Positions 26,395-39,667 of a stretch of DNA of 64,000 nucleotides are shown here, piece by piece. Each line of letters begins with the position of its first letter. The stretch's first letter is position 1. This DNA comes from Octopus sinensis. Lineage: Eukaryota. The notes below the pieces were generated by a model. That model was given only the letters and a program-made list of their open reading frames with translations. It was not told the DNA's origin and searched no databases. The stretch lies in NCBI RefSeq assembly GCF_006345805.1, contig NC_043006.1:83204001-83268000 (forward strand), read 5' to 3'. The position numbers and the translations under genes are program-made.

Positions 26395-27325
26395 ATCAGC
26401 AAGCACAAATATTCAGAATTTTAAATATTATCTTAAGATATTAATATTGTTATTATTATCAAAGTCAATACAAATAGTCCATAATTACAACAATATTAAT
26501 ATAGGTGGCTGCAGGCCTAAATCAGCGTTATATAGCTACAGAATGAAAATTATATAATCAAAGGTCACATTGAAGTATCTACCCAAGAGAGATAAAGTTA
26601 AAACCATCATTTGGACGACCAAAAATTACACTGAAAATAACAGATACAACAGTATGCGGACGAGCAAACTGAATAAGAACTCTCACATATCATCATAGCG
26701 TAAAGCTATATATTTAATGGTACAGGTACACATGTGGACCGGTTTCTGGTTAGACACAAAGTTCTTCCCTTTCTCAGCACATCTTAACCCTACGAAACAC
26801 CTTCCCAGTCCGCCATGTTGAAATATGCTGGCGTCCTTAATTGCTTAACGTCAAAATGTGGACAGCCTCGGTGTGAAAAGTACAAATCAGCAGCAAAAAT
26901 ATTCAGAATCTAATATTTATATAGATATTAATATTTTTATTATTATCGAAGCCAATACAAATAGTCCATGATAACAATATTAATATAGGTGGTTGCAGGA
27001 CCAAATCATTTTTACTGCTGCTTGGTACTTTTTACGCTGATGTTGTCCAAATTTTAAGGACACCGGCAGATTTCAACGTGATGGACTAGGGGAAATGTTT
27101 CTAAGGGTTAAGATGTGCTGAGAAAGGTAAGAACTTTGTGTCAAACCAGAAACCGGTCCACATATATACCTGATCCATTAAATATATATCTATATGTTAT
27201 AATGGTATGTGAGAGATCTTTTTCGGTTCGCTCGCCCGCATATTGTTGTAACAATTATTTTCAGTGTAATTTTTGGTGGTTCAAACGATGGTTTTTAACT
27301 CTTATTTCTAGCGGGTAGATACTTC
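26395..27325. mobile_element. Older fold-back element family D: diverged ~220-bp head-to-head arms (26570-26792 and 27103-27325), left arm extending to 26395, extra fragment at 26885-27010
   Basis: Arms align in inverted orientation by eye and each begins with an HHR motif. Confidence 0.75.
27113..27163 (+). ncRNA. Type I hammerhead motif with core CUGAGAA (C3/A8 mismatch); mirror copy 26732-26782 (-)
   Basis: Stem I AUGUG/CACAU; stem II closed by GGU/ACC; GAA; stem III ACCGGU; GUC triplet. Confidence 0.65.
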
Positions 27326-27560
27326 AATGTATCCATTGATTAATAATATGTATGTGTGTATACACGTGTATGTGTGTGTTTGTGTGTGCTTTTATATACA
27401 TACATACATACATATATACATACATACATACATAAATACATACATACATATATACATACATACATGCATACATACATACATACATACATACATACATACA
27501 TACATACATACATACATACATGCATGCATACATACAAACATACATACATACATACATACA

Positions 27561-27591
<31 letters not shown>

Positions 27592-29571
27592 GATAGCTGT
27601 CCGCTCATGACCGGGGATGACCATTACTGACCATTTCCCACGCAATATATCTGCAATACTTATGTAAATTTTATATGCAATACGGCCCTGCGCGACACAT
27701 GAAGATCCCTCCCACCCTGTTTGGCATGATCCAGAGATAAGCTCGAACAATACATCAAGTGCCAATAAAGATCGCAAGTTCAGGAATGAGGGTGAGCCAT
27801 GATCTCAGGCTGAAGCAAAATATCCCCCAAAGTGCTCAATACCATCCCCGGCACATACGGTTTTATATTAGAGTGACATTCTCCAAGAGACATGATTTAA
27901 CAAAAACTTAGATGTACCTCACTCCTACTGGTCTTCCAGCCCGCTGGGCACCAACCCGGAATTTCTGTGTGCCCATGCTAATGCTACATAGTCGTTGAAT
28001 CTACACTGAGCACAAGCAAACTTTTGACAGGTCTTATTTTTAGTCCTGGTGGGTTTTATAGTAATCCTCTTCATCAGGGTAGCCTGGTAGGAGTTAAGTG
28101 AACGATGACCCGACCATACAACAGATTTTACTGGATTCCATGATAGTAGCAGCACTCATGAGAGACCTCACAAGTGACTTCACACACAAACATGCATACG
28201 CACATACTGATATATATGTGTGTGTGTGTGTGTGTGTATACATGTACATGCATAGATAAATGCATCATACATACCTCATGCGTACACGCATATATATATT
28301 TCTGTGTAAGTGCGTATGTCTACACAAGTTTATGTGTGTCCGCGTTTTTGTGTTTATATTGTGAATGTGTCCCATTATGACTTGTTACTTAGTGGTTTAA
28401 CACTTAGAGATCGATAAAATAAGTACTAAAGGAAAATATATATTGGAGTTGTTGGTATGGCCGACCAATTCCCAGCATGAATGAAATCAAGAAAATAGTT
28501 ATAAACGAAGTAAAGTTTTGCAGGAAATAAGTTCGCAATATAGGTTCAAGTAATGGACGAAATTAATTTCCAATATATATCTGTGGGACTCAGTCAACAT
28601 AACATGACGAACTGTGAATGTGCAACAGTGCTGTACTCTGCGGCAAACGTTTCTGTATCACGGACCCATAATACTTTGAAGAGAGCACGTATGTTCTTAT
28701 TTAAGCATTTCACTCTCTATCGGGCATAGACTATCGGCGACTTTTCAACACTGTTCTCGATTCTGGACTGTCTTTTTTTTTTGCATCTCTCCTTTCCTAT
28801 GTCTTGTAGGTTTTAAATTGTCATTGCTGCTTCTGTAACTTTGCATTTATTCTATGTAGGAGCATTGATCTTACACAAACCCATTTTTTATCCTTGAGAA
28901 ATGAGTTTGCCTAGGAGATGAGTGACCCTACCAGGCACTTGCGCCTCACTGACACAGCTCATCGGGTCATTCAGGCACACAAAATGCCACACCACAACAA
29001 GGACTACTGCACCTTATGTTTGAGAGCTTGCAATGACAATAAATTGTGATCGCTGGGTATTCAGGTTACATAACTTCCTTCTCCGAATGGAACAGACATG
29101 TCCTGAAACACGTGACACATGCTTTCAATAAGACGGAGATGTCATCCATACAAGAGCCTCCATGAACCACAAACTCTACTAAACAAGCATTTATCTGACA
29201 CAACATTTCCCTGGCGATTATATTCTTCAGTTTGAGTATATTTCTTTTGGGGGTTATTTTAATAGTAAAACCCATCATCAATAAACTGGGAACACTACAT
29301 AAAATGACTACAAAACTTCAGGACGTGGTGCAACATGCAACAGAGCTACTAGTATAGGCTGCAAGTATAGACGGCGAAACAATGAGAAATATTTGGATGA
29401 CGTTATTTTCAACACTAAATAAACAGATACTTATGTATTATTTTCTGTTTATAAGCGGCACACATTGTTCTGTGCTTTTAGATAATAAAGTTTGTTAATA
29501 TCCTACTTTTGCCAACATTGTGAGCATTTAAAAACAGAGAGGAAAATAGATAAATAGAAAGATAGATAGAC

Positions 29572-29621
<50 letters not shown>

Positions 29622-29824
29622 TAGGTATGTAGGTAGGTAGATAGATAGACAGATAAATAGAAAGATAGATAAATCGATAGATAGGTAGATAGATAGATAG
29701 ATAAATAGATAAATAGATAGATAGATAGATAAAGTGTGTGATTACACTCTTTTTTTATATTCTTATGGGTATACATATCACTATGTACATAAGTACGTAC
29801 CAATATATATATATATATATATAC

Positions 29825-29855
<31 letters not shown>

Positions 29856-29879
29856 ATGTATATATACATATATATATAA

Positions 29880-29946
<67 letters not shown>

Positions 29947-30539
29947 GTGTGTGTGTGTGAGTGTGTGTGCGCGTGTGTATGTGTGTGTGTGCGTGTGTGT
30001 GCATACGAGTGTGTATGTTTGAGTGTGTGTTGTGCGCGTATACACTTAAATTACATGTATATCCACTCGGATCCGAAATATATATACCTGAAGTGCAAGA
30101 ACAACCTCATCGCTTTTTACGATGTAGAGAAGAGATATTTATAGAAATGGGTGTTGTCCGTTTGTGCTGCCAACTCGACACAGTGTTCTACTAGCTACAA
30201 TAATAAACTCAAACCTATAAGATTAAGATTTAGAAATGCAAGACAATAACAATGGCAAAGCGTAAAATAAAAAATACAAGTGTAAACAAAGAAAATAAAG
30301 TTTAAAAATTAAGGTACTTAATTATCGAGATATATCTGGTATTTAATCAAAAATGACGCTAATAAAATCGCAAAGAGAACTAATTTATAGTTGAAGTAAA
30401 AACTTAAAGGTACACTTGTATGTCATTGTGATTTTCTGATGTATTTTTCAAGATATTTTGCGTGTGTATGTATGCATGTGTGTGTATTCGTGTTTATGTG
30501 TTATACGAGAGCGAGAGGTGTTTGAATATATATACCTAC

Positions 30540-30588
<49 letters not shown>

Positions 30589-30738
30589 GCTTATTTTGAT
30601 TATAATCACCCCATTTTGAATCATATGGAAATACCATACTAAATTCTGTTGCCTTTAACTTAAGTACCGTATTCAACTCAATCTAAATTTTACTGAACAT
30701 ATATATATATATACATACATACATATATATATATATGT

Positions 30739-30852
<114 letters not shown>

Positions 30853-30853
30853 C

Positions 30854-31076
30854 TTTATTTAAAGCAGCAGAAAATTCAACAAAATCTGTTACTCTGAGTT
30901 TCTCGTCGCCGTTCATCAGACAGTTTTTGCTAGAAAAAACTGTCTGATGAACGGCAACGAGAAACTCAGAGTAACAGATTTTGTTGAATTTTCTGCTGCT
31001 TTAAAAAAGCATATTACTCTACCACTGGTATTTGAGTACTCTTTTTTCCACCTTGTTTCACATTATATATTTACTC

Positions 31077-31080
<4 letters not shown>
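30854..31080. mobile_element. Fold-back element family B, copy 2
   Basis: Same arm, centre and tail architecture and tail sequence as 15346-15575; embedded in (TA)n. Confidence 0.88.
30940..30977 (+). ncRNA. Minimal type I hammerhead, canonical core CUGAUGA; mirror copy ~30886-30923 (-)
   Basis: Stem I CUGU/ACAG; stem II CG-GCAA-CG with an A.A base; GAA; stem III ACUC-A-GAGU; GUA triplet. Confidence 0.72.
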
Positions 31081-31114
<34 letters not shown>

Positions 31115-31381
31115 TATTGCGTATTTATTTTTGCTTGCGTGTGTGTTGTGTGTGTGTGTGTATGTGTGTGTGTGAAGAGAGAGGAAAAGGTATATAGATG
31201 TATATTTGGGTCTATATTTAGTTGTACGCGTGTGTATATGAATAGAAGGGAGGAATGTATACAGATACACACCTGTGTATATTTTTAGTTCTATGTATCT
31301 GTGTTTGTGTATGCATGTCTTCGTGCGTGTGGGCGGGCGTGTGTGTGTGTGTATGTGTGTGTGTGCGTGTGTGTATGTGTA

Positions 31382-31413
<32 letters not shown>

Positions 31414-31542
31414 TGTGCTTGTGCTTATTCTACGAAAGTATCTTTTCTTTTCGAACAGATGTTTCAAAAATTCCCTATGTCCTGCATTCTAAAGATATAT
31501 TTCAGTAATTTTCGTACACTCCTTATATAAGTCGTTTTACAT

Positions 31543-31815
31543 CAGGAGTTGCCAACCGGGGTCCATAGAGGGAAAAAAAAATTGTAATTTGTGGGTCCAT
31601 ATATAAATTTTGTTTACTAGGAGAAGTACTTGTATTTATTGAAATTTTCAAGATGTATTTTTCGAATTTATGTTGAAAATAACGAAATTGTTTCATAGTT
31701 AATTTTTACTAAAGTACAAACAAATATTTTATTTCAAAAATTTACATGTGCACAGATAATAAGATAGCTCTCGGGGGATGGGGGTCCACAAGTAAAATAA
31801 GGTTGGGAACCCCTG
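31543..31815. mobile_element. hAT MITE
   Basis: TIRs CAGGAGTTGCCAACC / GGTTGGGAACCCCTG; perfect 8-bp TSD TTTTACAT. Confidence 0.9.
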
Positions 31816-33719
31816 TTTTACATGAAGATGAAAATTATACTTTCGAACCATTGATCTATTGATTTTTCTTTTTGATTGAAATGTATACAATATGGTGGGC
31901 GAACAATCTGAAATTGAAATAATACAATAACTTTTCACTCAGTGCACAAAATACAAAATATAAATTGATCAATTAAAGAAGGAAAAAAACAGTAAGCAAT
32001 GAAAACAAAAGACATTGCGAGCATAAATTTCAACGAGTTCTTTGTTCTTGCTTCTCATTCATGACTTTATCAAAACATAGCACTTTGATCCACAGATCTA
32101 CCTGTAGATTCTTGTGATTTCAAAGTTTTGTCTTGATAAACTAAAAAGGAACTGGATGCAGGTTCACAAAAGCATGTCATTGCAAATGGAACGGGACCAT
32201 ACTTCTCGATCATTAATCCTTCAAGGGTTAAATCCGTATAAGTAGGATGCTTTCTTACTTAAGTAGAAGTCCAGCAATTTTGAAGGGGAAGAGAATTTAT
32301 CGATACCATCGATTCCAGTACTTGAACGGTTCCTTAATGTATCGACTCTGGATGAATGAAATTGTCCTAGTAATATTATAAATGACGAAGGCGGCGAGCT
32401 GGCAGAAACGTTAGCACGCCGGGCAAAATGCGTAGCCATATTTCGTCCGCCGTTACGTTCTGAGTTCAAATTCCGCCGAGGTCCACTTTGCCTTTCATCC
32501 TTTCGGGGTCGATAAATTAAGTACCAGTTACGCACTGGGGTCGATATAATCGACTTAATCCGTTTGTCTGTCCTTGTTTGTCCTCTCTGTGTTTAGCCCC
32601 TTATAGGTAGTAAAGGAATAGGTATTTCGCCCGTCGCTACGTTCTGAGTTCAAATTCCGCCGAGGTCGACTTTGCCTTTCATCCTTTTGGGGTCGATAAA
32701 TTAAGTACCAGTTATGCACTGTGGTCGATGTAATCGACTTAATCCCTTTGTCTGTCTTTGCTTGTCCCCTCTATGTTTAGCCCCTTGTGGGCAATAAAGA
32801 AATAAGAAACGTTAGCACGTCGAACGAAATACTTAGCGATATTTCGTCTGTCTTTACTTTCTAAGTTCAAATTCTGCCGAGGTTGACTTTGCCTTTCACC
32901 AGTTCTGGGTCGATAAAATTAGCACCAGTTGTGTAATGGAGTCGAGGTAATCGATGTACCCCCTCCCCCAAAATTGTTGATCTCGTGCGAAAATTTGAAA
33001 CCAAAAATTATGCTGTTCTAATTTTCTTTAATTTTTTTTTTATGCTTTTATGGTATTTAGTAACTTCACAATTTATAGAACAAGGTTCCAAATGAATATA
33101 TCATTACAATTGCCTCAATTATATTAATACATTTTTGCCACCATGAATAATATGTAATATCAGGAAATATAGCATACTGCAATAATTATATTTTATCTTT
33201 TATCAAATTACTCTTTTTTCATGAAAGTATATATTTCCAAATTTCCGTGTCATATGTCGGGGTAATACACTATTATTTCATAATATGAGAAAAAATTCTA
33301 AAACGGTCCCCGTTTTTCTAGGTTTAGCACGGAAGAAATTTTTTTCTAAAGGAATATTAATAAGCTAATTCTCTTCCCATGCGCATCGTTTCTCTATAGA
33401 GTTTCCTGTTAATCATGAGTCCTTTTATTCTAGTAGTTTGGGGGGTGGGGTTTCTGGATCTGTTGCACTCTGGAACCCATTACCATCATCTTGTTTTCCT
33501 CTGGTCTGTGATATTCAGTGCTTTAAGTTTCCTGTCGATTGACATTGTTTGAATTTATAAACCCATTTCTTTTTTTCTTTCTCTCTTTCTTTCGTTCTTT
33601 TTTCCTTTTTAGTCTCTTACACTGCAGTGACATCTAGCCTTGTTTTGGACAAAATCATCAGAAAAAAATATTATCAAATAGTTGCAGGTTCAAAACATCG
33701 TTGAGTTATTGTGCATTAA

Positions 33720-34094
33720 TCTCTCTATATATAAACGGCAAAATGTCTGTCTGTCTGTGTGTGTGCGTGTCCTTTATACACATCCACAATTATTCAGTTA
33801 GAGGGCTCGCACTTTCTATGGTCATTCAAAACCGTCCAAGGGTGGTCGTGCACATCTTTACATTTCCCCAGTCATCCCGCAAAGCCATTAAAAAATCAAT
33901 AGAAGTGACTTTTTGTGAATTTTCTATCCAAAACCCAATCAAAATGCCCGAAACTTGATACGCCAATTGAATGCCAGCGAGCTGTATGTGATTGGTCGGA
34001 GATTTGGACAGTACTCACGTGTATGTGCGCACGCACGCAGCTGTATATGCATGCACTAGCACTATGGCCCGGCATTGCCAGGTCATAGTGCTAG
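33720..34094 (+). mobile_element. Non-autonomous Helitron-like element
   Basis: 5' TC after A, internal (TCTG)n, 3' hairpin 34055-34095 ending CTAG before T, no TSD. A similar 5' end occurs at ~13575. Confidence 0.75.
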
Positions 34095-35280
34095 TTTCTC
34101 TTAATTACAGAAACAAGTTCTTTTGGTTTTGCGTCCCGAATTCAAGTTTCACCAGATCGACTTTGCCTTTCGTGCCATTTGGGCCCAATACAATATGCAC
34201 CAGTTAAGTACTGGGGGGGGGCATGTAATCGACTAATTAATTCCCTTCCCGATAAATTTCAGGCCCTGTGCCTATTGTAGAAATGCTAATTATAGAAGCT
34301 GGTTAATAAACAAGCTAAATCTTTAAGTGTGACACAGTTAGCTTTCACTTGCGAGTGGGTATCGCTCGATTGTACATACCGATTAGGTTTTTCTAATTAT
34401 TTCAAGTGACTATGTATGCACGAGCTGAGATAGTCACTGCCTTAAACCCCTCATCCTTGATCCAGCCAAACGTATGACATATAACTGTCGGGGATGGTGA
34501 AGATACAGCTGGTCCAGCAACAGCTTGGCACCCAAAAGAGTTCAGTAGAATGGAGTAACTGGAAAGTACTTTGCTCAAGGACACAATATCCTGCCGCACT
34601 ACTCGGTTTAGGAATTGAACTCACGGCCTTGCGCTTCAACAAGACAAAACAAGTGAGAGAAAGTAAACAAACAGGAAACTTAAAATACCAAAGTGATACA
34701 GTGTTCATTGGTACAAGCAAACGGATACAGATAAGAAGTAGAAAACAAATTTGTCTTTTCTAGAATAAAAATATGATTTTAACTAGTATCATACAAGGTG
34801 CAGCAAGAGAAACCTCCCAGATACGCTATTCTTGGTATACGTTTCAACAAGAAACACACAAAATACACCAGTTAAAACTTTACCTTATTATGGAATAAAA
34901 ACGGCGAAACACTAGGTAGACGAATATAGCATTACAATCTGCCTCAGTTCCATAGCACTACATCAATGGCTGTGTAAAATATGGGATGTCTTTATGCTGC
35001 AAACTCTAAATTTTGACATTTGGATGGCATATACACGATGCGGGACTGATTAAGTTTGAGGAATAAGAAATTACGTTCTTCTTTTGGTTCAAATGTATTT
35101 ATTTATTTACTTAAAGTCAATGGAAGGAGTTGAAACAAAGACATTATTATGTTCGCTATAAAGAAACTGAGATACGTTTCCAGTGAGATAGAGAAAAATA
35201 TCTATCTAAACATCTAAACGTCTATACGACTACGTATCAAACTAACTGTTGTGTGTGTGTGTGAGTGTGTGTGTGTGTGT

Positions 35281-35322
<42 letters not shown>

Positions 35323-35422
35323 GTGTGATGTGTGTGTGTTTGTGTGCATGCACGCGCGCGCATGCATATTGCTGTGTGTTTTTATGTCGAGTTATGTACA
35401 AAGGTAATTTCATTAACTAAAG

Positions 35423-35757
35423 CAGGACTGGTCAACCTGAGGCTTCCTGCGGGTGGCATGCGGCCCGCATACTTTCATCTTGCGGCCCGCTTGATACTTT
35501 CTCGAAATGGGTTTATTTAAACAAATATTTTTAAAATTTCATTAAAAAAATAAAGAATGTAATGAAAAGTAAAAAAGAAAGATGCTACTGTTTTTGCAAA
35601 GAAAACATTTCATGTTGATTCAACGATCATTCATTCATTATTGTAATAATAGAATGAGAAAGCAAAATGCTTTCAATTCTGTCAGTACACAAGCGGCCAT
35701 CAAGAAACTTTCCGTGATTGAAGTGGCCTGCAATGTAATTCAAGTTTGCCAGGCCTG
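35423..35757. mobile_element. hAT (Charlie-like) MITE
   Basis: TIRs CAGGACTGGTCAAC / GTTTGCCAGGCCTG; perfect 8-bp TSD AACTAAAG. Confidence 0.9.
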
Positions 35758-35822
35758 AACTAAAGAATTACACAATATTTTCTAGTAGAGTACATGTTTA
35801 TCAAACTTTTACCCTTAAATAT

Positions 35823-35868
35823 AACAGTGACTTCGAAGTTTCAACCTGCTGGCCTTCCTCAGGCTATC
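35823..35868 (-). ncRNA. Type I hammerhead, family E
   Basis: Minus strand: GAUAGC-CUGAGGA-A-GGCC-AGCA-GGUU-GAA-ACUUCGAAGU-C-ACUGUU. 10-nt palindromic stem III, GUC triplet, stem I 5 of 6 pairs. Confidence 0.72.
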
Positions 35869-35874
35869 GAATAT

Positions 35875-35960
35875 ACTTAATATTTACATACATATATATA
35901 CATACGCATACACACACGCATATATATACATGCATAATATATATATACACATTTAGATAT

Positions 35961-36011
<51 letters not shown>

Positions 36012-36540
36012 ACACACACACATATATATATACATATATATATATGCATACAATACATTTAGATATATAATATATATGTATATACACACACACACACATA
36101 TATTTATGTAAATATATATGTGTGTTTTAGTGTGTATGTATGTATGTATGTATGTATGTATGTATGTATGTATGTATGCATGCATGCATGTATGTATGTA
36201 TGTATGTATGTATGTATGTATGCATGTATGTATGTATGCATGTATGTATGTATGTGTGTATGTATGTATGTGTGTATGTGTGTATGTATGTATGTATGTA
36301 TGTATGTATGTATGTATGTATGTATGCATGTATGTATGTGTGTATGTATGTATGTGTGTATGTATGTATGTATGTGTGTATGTATGTATGTATGTATGTA
36401 TGTATGTATGTATGTATGTATGCATGCATGCATGTATGTATGTATGTATGCATGTATGTATGTATGTGTGTATGTATGTATGTGTGTATGTGTGTATGTA
36501 TGTATGTATGTATGTATGTATGTATGTATGTATGTATGAT
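35875..36540. repeat. Long (TA)n/(TATG)n microsatellite; representative of many such tracts (e.g. 8270-8650, 27390-27590, 39540-39840, 55970-56320)
   Basis: Read directly. Confidence 0.97.
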
Positions 36541-37617
36541 TTTTCTTTGAGTTTAATTTAAGTTCTTCAGAGAATTCAAGCCGGTTGCTAAGCGACAAGA
36601 GTTTCCGGCATTTGTAAATATGTCATTGACTTGATGTGTTAGTTGAACTGTTGATACACACACCCAAGTGTGTGCTTCTATTCACGTAAGAATCTCAGAT
36701 TTGTATGCATGTATGTATGCATACATACGGATCTATTAAGTATTTAAAAATATTTGAGTTATTTAATTAATTACTATCGCTAGTTGATTATGCATTGCCT
36801 GGGGTCCACAATTGTTTCATGGAATTATAAAACGGCCATCGTGATATACAGCGTGTCTTAAACAATTTTTTAACCCCGGTGAAACCCATTCCTATCCATG
36901 TCTGACTACAGCCGATCTCTTATAAATGAGTGAGAGTCAGACGAAAAAAAGAACGAGTTAGAGGAGAAGAAATGATTTCAATATAGGACTCATACTTTAT
37001 TCATCAACCCCGAAAATTTGAAAGGCAAATGTGATTTCAGTATGATTTAAACTCGTCGGAGCGTAGAGAATCGATACGAATTCCGTAAACTAATCTATTC
37101 GGTGTCCTAACGACTCTGCTAAACGACCATCTTAAACTATATATTACTATTACATGTACGAGATACAGAACTTGTCTATTGCCAAATAACTTTTATTCTG
37201 TATTACATTCAATTCAAATAGAAACATTATACTTGATCAGAATTATTAATGCACACAAAACATTAACAAATGTTGAAAAACAGAATATTAATATTTATCT
37301 ACTAGCAATCGATGAAACCAATTTCGAACTGTTTATTTTGTTATATTTGAATTATCTATTATCAAACATAAGATTCTGACGTTCAATTGTTTAAAAAAAT
37401 ATTCATTTCAGGTGGTAGTTTTCAATTACTCTGCAAAGACTTTACTATTGTCGTACTATCATTACTTTCAAATTTTTAAATTGATTTCAAATTTTGGTAC
37501 AAGGCCAGCAATTGTAGTTCTGCATGGAACTACTATTACCAAATAATTTAGGAAAATGAATGGGTTATTTCCCTTGGATCCCTTTCAGGGGCGAATGGGA
37601 TATTTTCCTTGGTTTTC

Positions 37618-37653
<36 letters not shown>

Positions 37654-38160
37654 CATTATTACTCATGAGAGATAACACAGCGATATACATATGTACGTGT
37701 GAGTGAGCGTGTGTGTGTGTGTGAAAAGGTTCAATTATATTTCGTCCTTTAATTTAGAGGATTCCAAAACACGATTTCTAATAAAGATTCTTCATATTTT
37801 GCTAGTAACTTACTGGCGTAAGTCTGCGAATATGAAAATAATATTTGCATATGGTGTGTTGTGTGAATTTACGGAAAGGTATCCCACAAAACTCAACAAA
37901 TTTGTTAAAATTGGTGGAGAGAAGATGTTAAAATTTGAAAGAATATATACATGCATATATACATATGTATATATATATATATATAGGTGCAAGCGAGGCA
38001 AGAAGCTTGCTTCCTAAGCACATGGTTCCAGGTTCTGCAAGTGCCTTCTACTATAGCCTTGAGCCGACCGAAGCCTTGTGAGTGGATGTAGTAGACGAAA
38101 ACTGAGAGAAGCCTGTTGTGTATATATTTACACACACACATATATATATACATATATATA

Positions 38161-38322
38161 TAATTTATTATATAGAAGGAGCTTCTACAGGACTCTGATG
38201 ATTTCTCTTGAATGAAACAGTTCTAGTCCTGTAGAAGCTCCTTCTATATAATAAATTAATTTTACTGTGCTATGTATTGAGTACCTTATTTACTGTGGTT
38301 AACCCCGAATCAACCCGGGACC

Positions 38323-38325
<3 letters not shown>
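38161..38325. mobile_element. Fold-back element family F: perfect 34-bp arms, hammerhead-like core in the 30-nt loop, 67-nt tail
   Basis: Arms 38161-38194 and 38225-38258. Loop reads CUGAUGA-U-UUC-UCUU-GAA-U-GAA-ACAGU-U-CU. Flanked by (TA)n. Confidence 0.78.
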
Positions 38326-38362
<37 letters not shown>

Positions 38363-38559
38363 CTAATGCCCTGTAAGGACACCGTACTCCGTTATGCAAC
38401 CATAATATATTATAAAGTATTTAAACGTTTTTGCAAGCCAATACTGTATTCTTCTGTGTTAGCAGTGCTAGCATCACTTGCTAAAGTTGTCTCTACAGTT
38501 TTTCTATAGAAATTATTACCACCTTTGATTTTTGTATGATTTTTTCGATTTTTTCGATG

Positions 38560-38630
38560 GCCGGGTAACTGAAGAGATGGCGGCGTAGATTTCCACCACG
38601 TCATCCGAAACTCGGAGTTTTTTTCATGGC
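38560..38630 (+). ncRNA. Type I hammerhead, family G
   Basis: Core CUGAAGA (38569-38575); stem II GAUGGCG/CGUCAUC; GAA; stem III ACUC-G-GAGU; GUU triplet; stem I imperfect (GCCGGGUAA vs UUUUUCAUGGC). Confidence 0.68.
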
Positions 38631-38663
38631 TACCGAATAATTGTCACATATTACATTTACAGT

Positions 38664-38770
<107 letters not shown>

Positions 38771-38875
38771 CATATATGTGTGTGTGTATGTATATATATA
38801 CAACATATATATATATGATTGATTGATTGATTGATTCTAGTTTCAGCTTATGAGCTGTGGCCATGCTGGGGCACC

Positions 38876-38938
<63 letters not shown>

Positions 38939-39409
38939 AATTATTTATGATATCGCTCGCGCGTACACAGACTCACACATACACGCACAAATACACACAC
39001 ACACTTACAAAACTTTCACACACGATGAATTACTGCACAGATTCTGTCTATCTCCAACCTTGACACATTAGTTGAAGATACTTGCTCAAAGTGCTCCGCA
39101 CTGCAACCCTCACCTGCTTTCGTGCCCTAACGAAATTCCACAAAGACAATTCCGCAATTATCAGTCAGCGGTTGTAATATATCGGACATGCAAAGAAGAA
39201 AGTGCGTAGTTGTAAAACGTGTTGCTGAGGTTATTCGTAGGAAGTCTAAATATCAGATGGGACAATGAGATTAATGGTGAACGCTACTAAAGTTCACACA
39301 GCACTGTACACTTACTGTCAAAATTGTATCCATCGGGTTAAATAGGCGTTAATTTCTCTCACCCACTCCTTCTGTATCTCACTCTCTTGCCCTCTCTCAT
39401 GCACACACA

Positions 39410-39454
<45 letters not shown>

Positions 39455-39632
39455 ACACACACACATACTCGCACTCACTCACAAACGTATATCCGACTCA
39501 CATTTTCCCTCACCACTCTCTCTTCTTTTGTCTTTCTCTCTCATAAGTGTGTATATATAATATATATATATATATATACACTATATATATATATATATGT
39601 ATGTATATATATATGTATATATATATATATAT

Positions 39633-39667
<35 letters not shown>

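Noticed and set aside
26708-27188. Interpretation as a TIR MITE with 80-bp termini
   Set aside because: The inverted match extends to ~220 bp, is asymmetric and begins with HHR motifs, which fits an inverted pLTR-type element better.
28950-29220. Possible CRE-like RLE relic (RHVLKHVTHAF...EPP, SDTTFPW)
   Set aside because: The resemblance needs several frame changes and is too weak without a TBLASTN/HMM search.
36560-36615. Possible type II hammerhead on the minus strand (GAAAC-UCUU-GUC ... CUGAAGA)
   Set aside because: Stems I and II do not pair.
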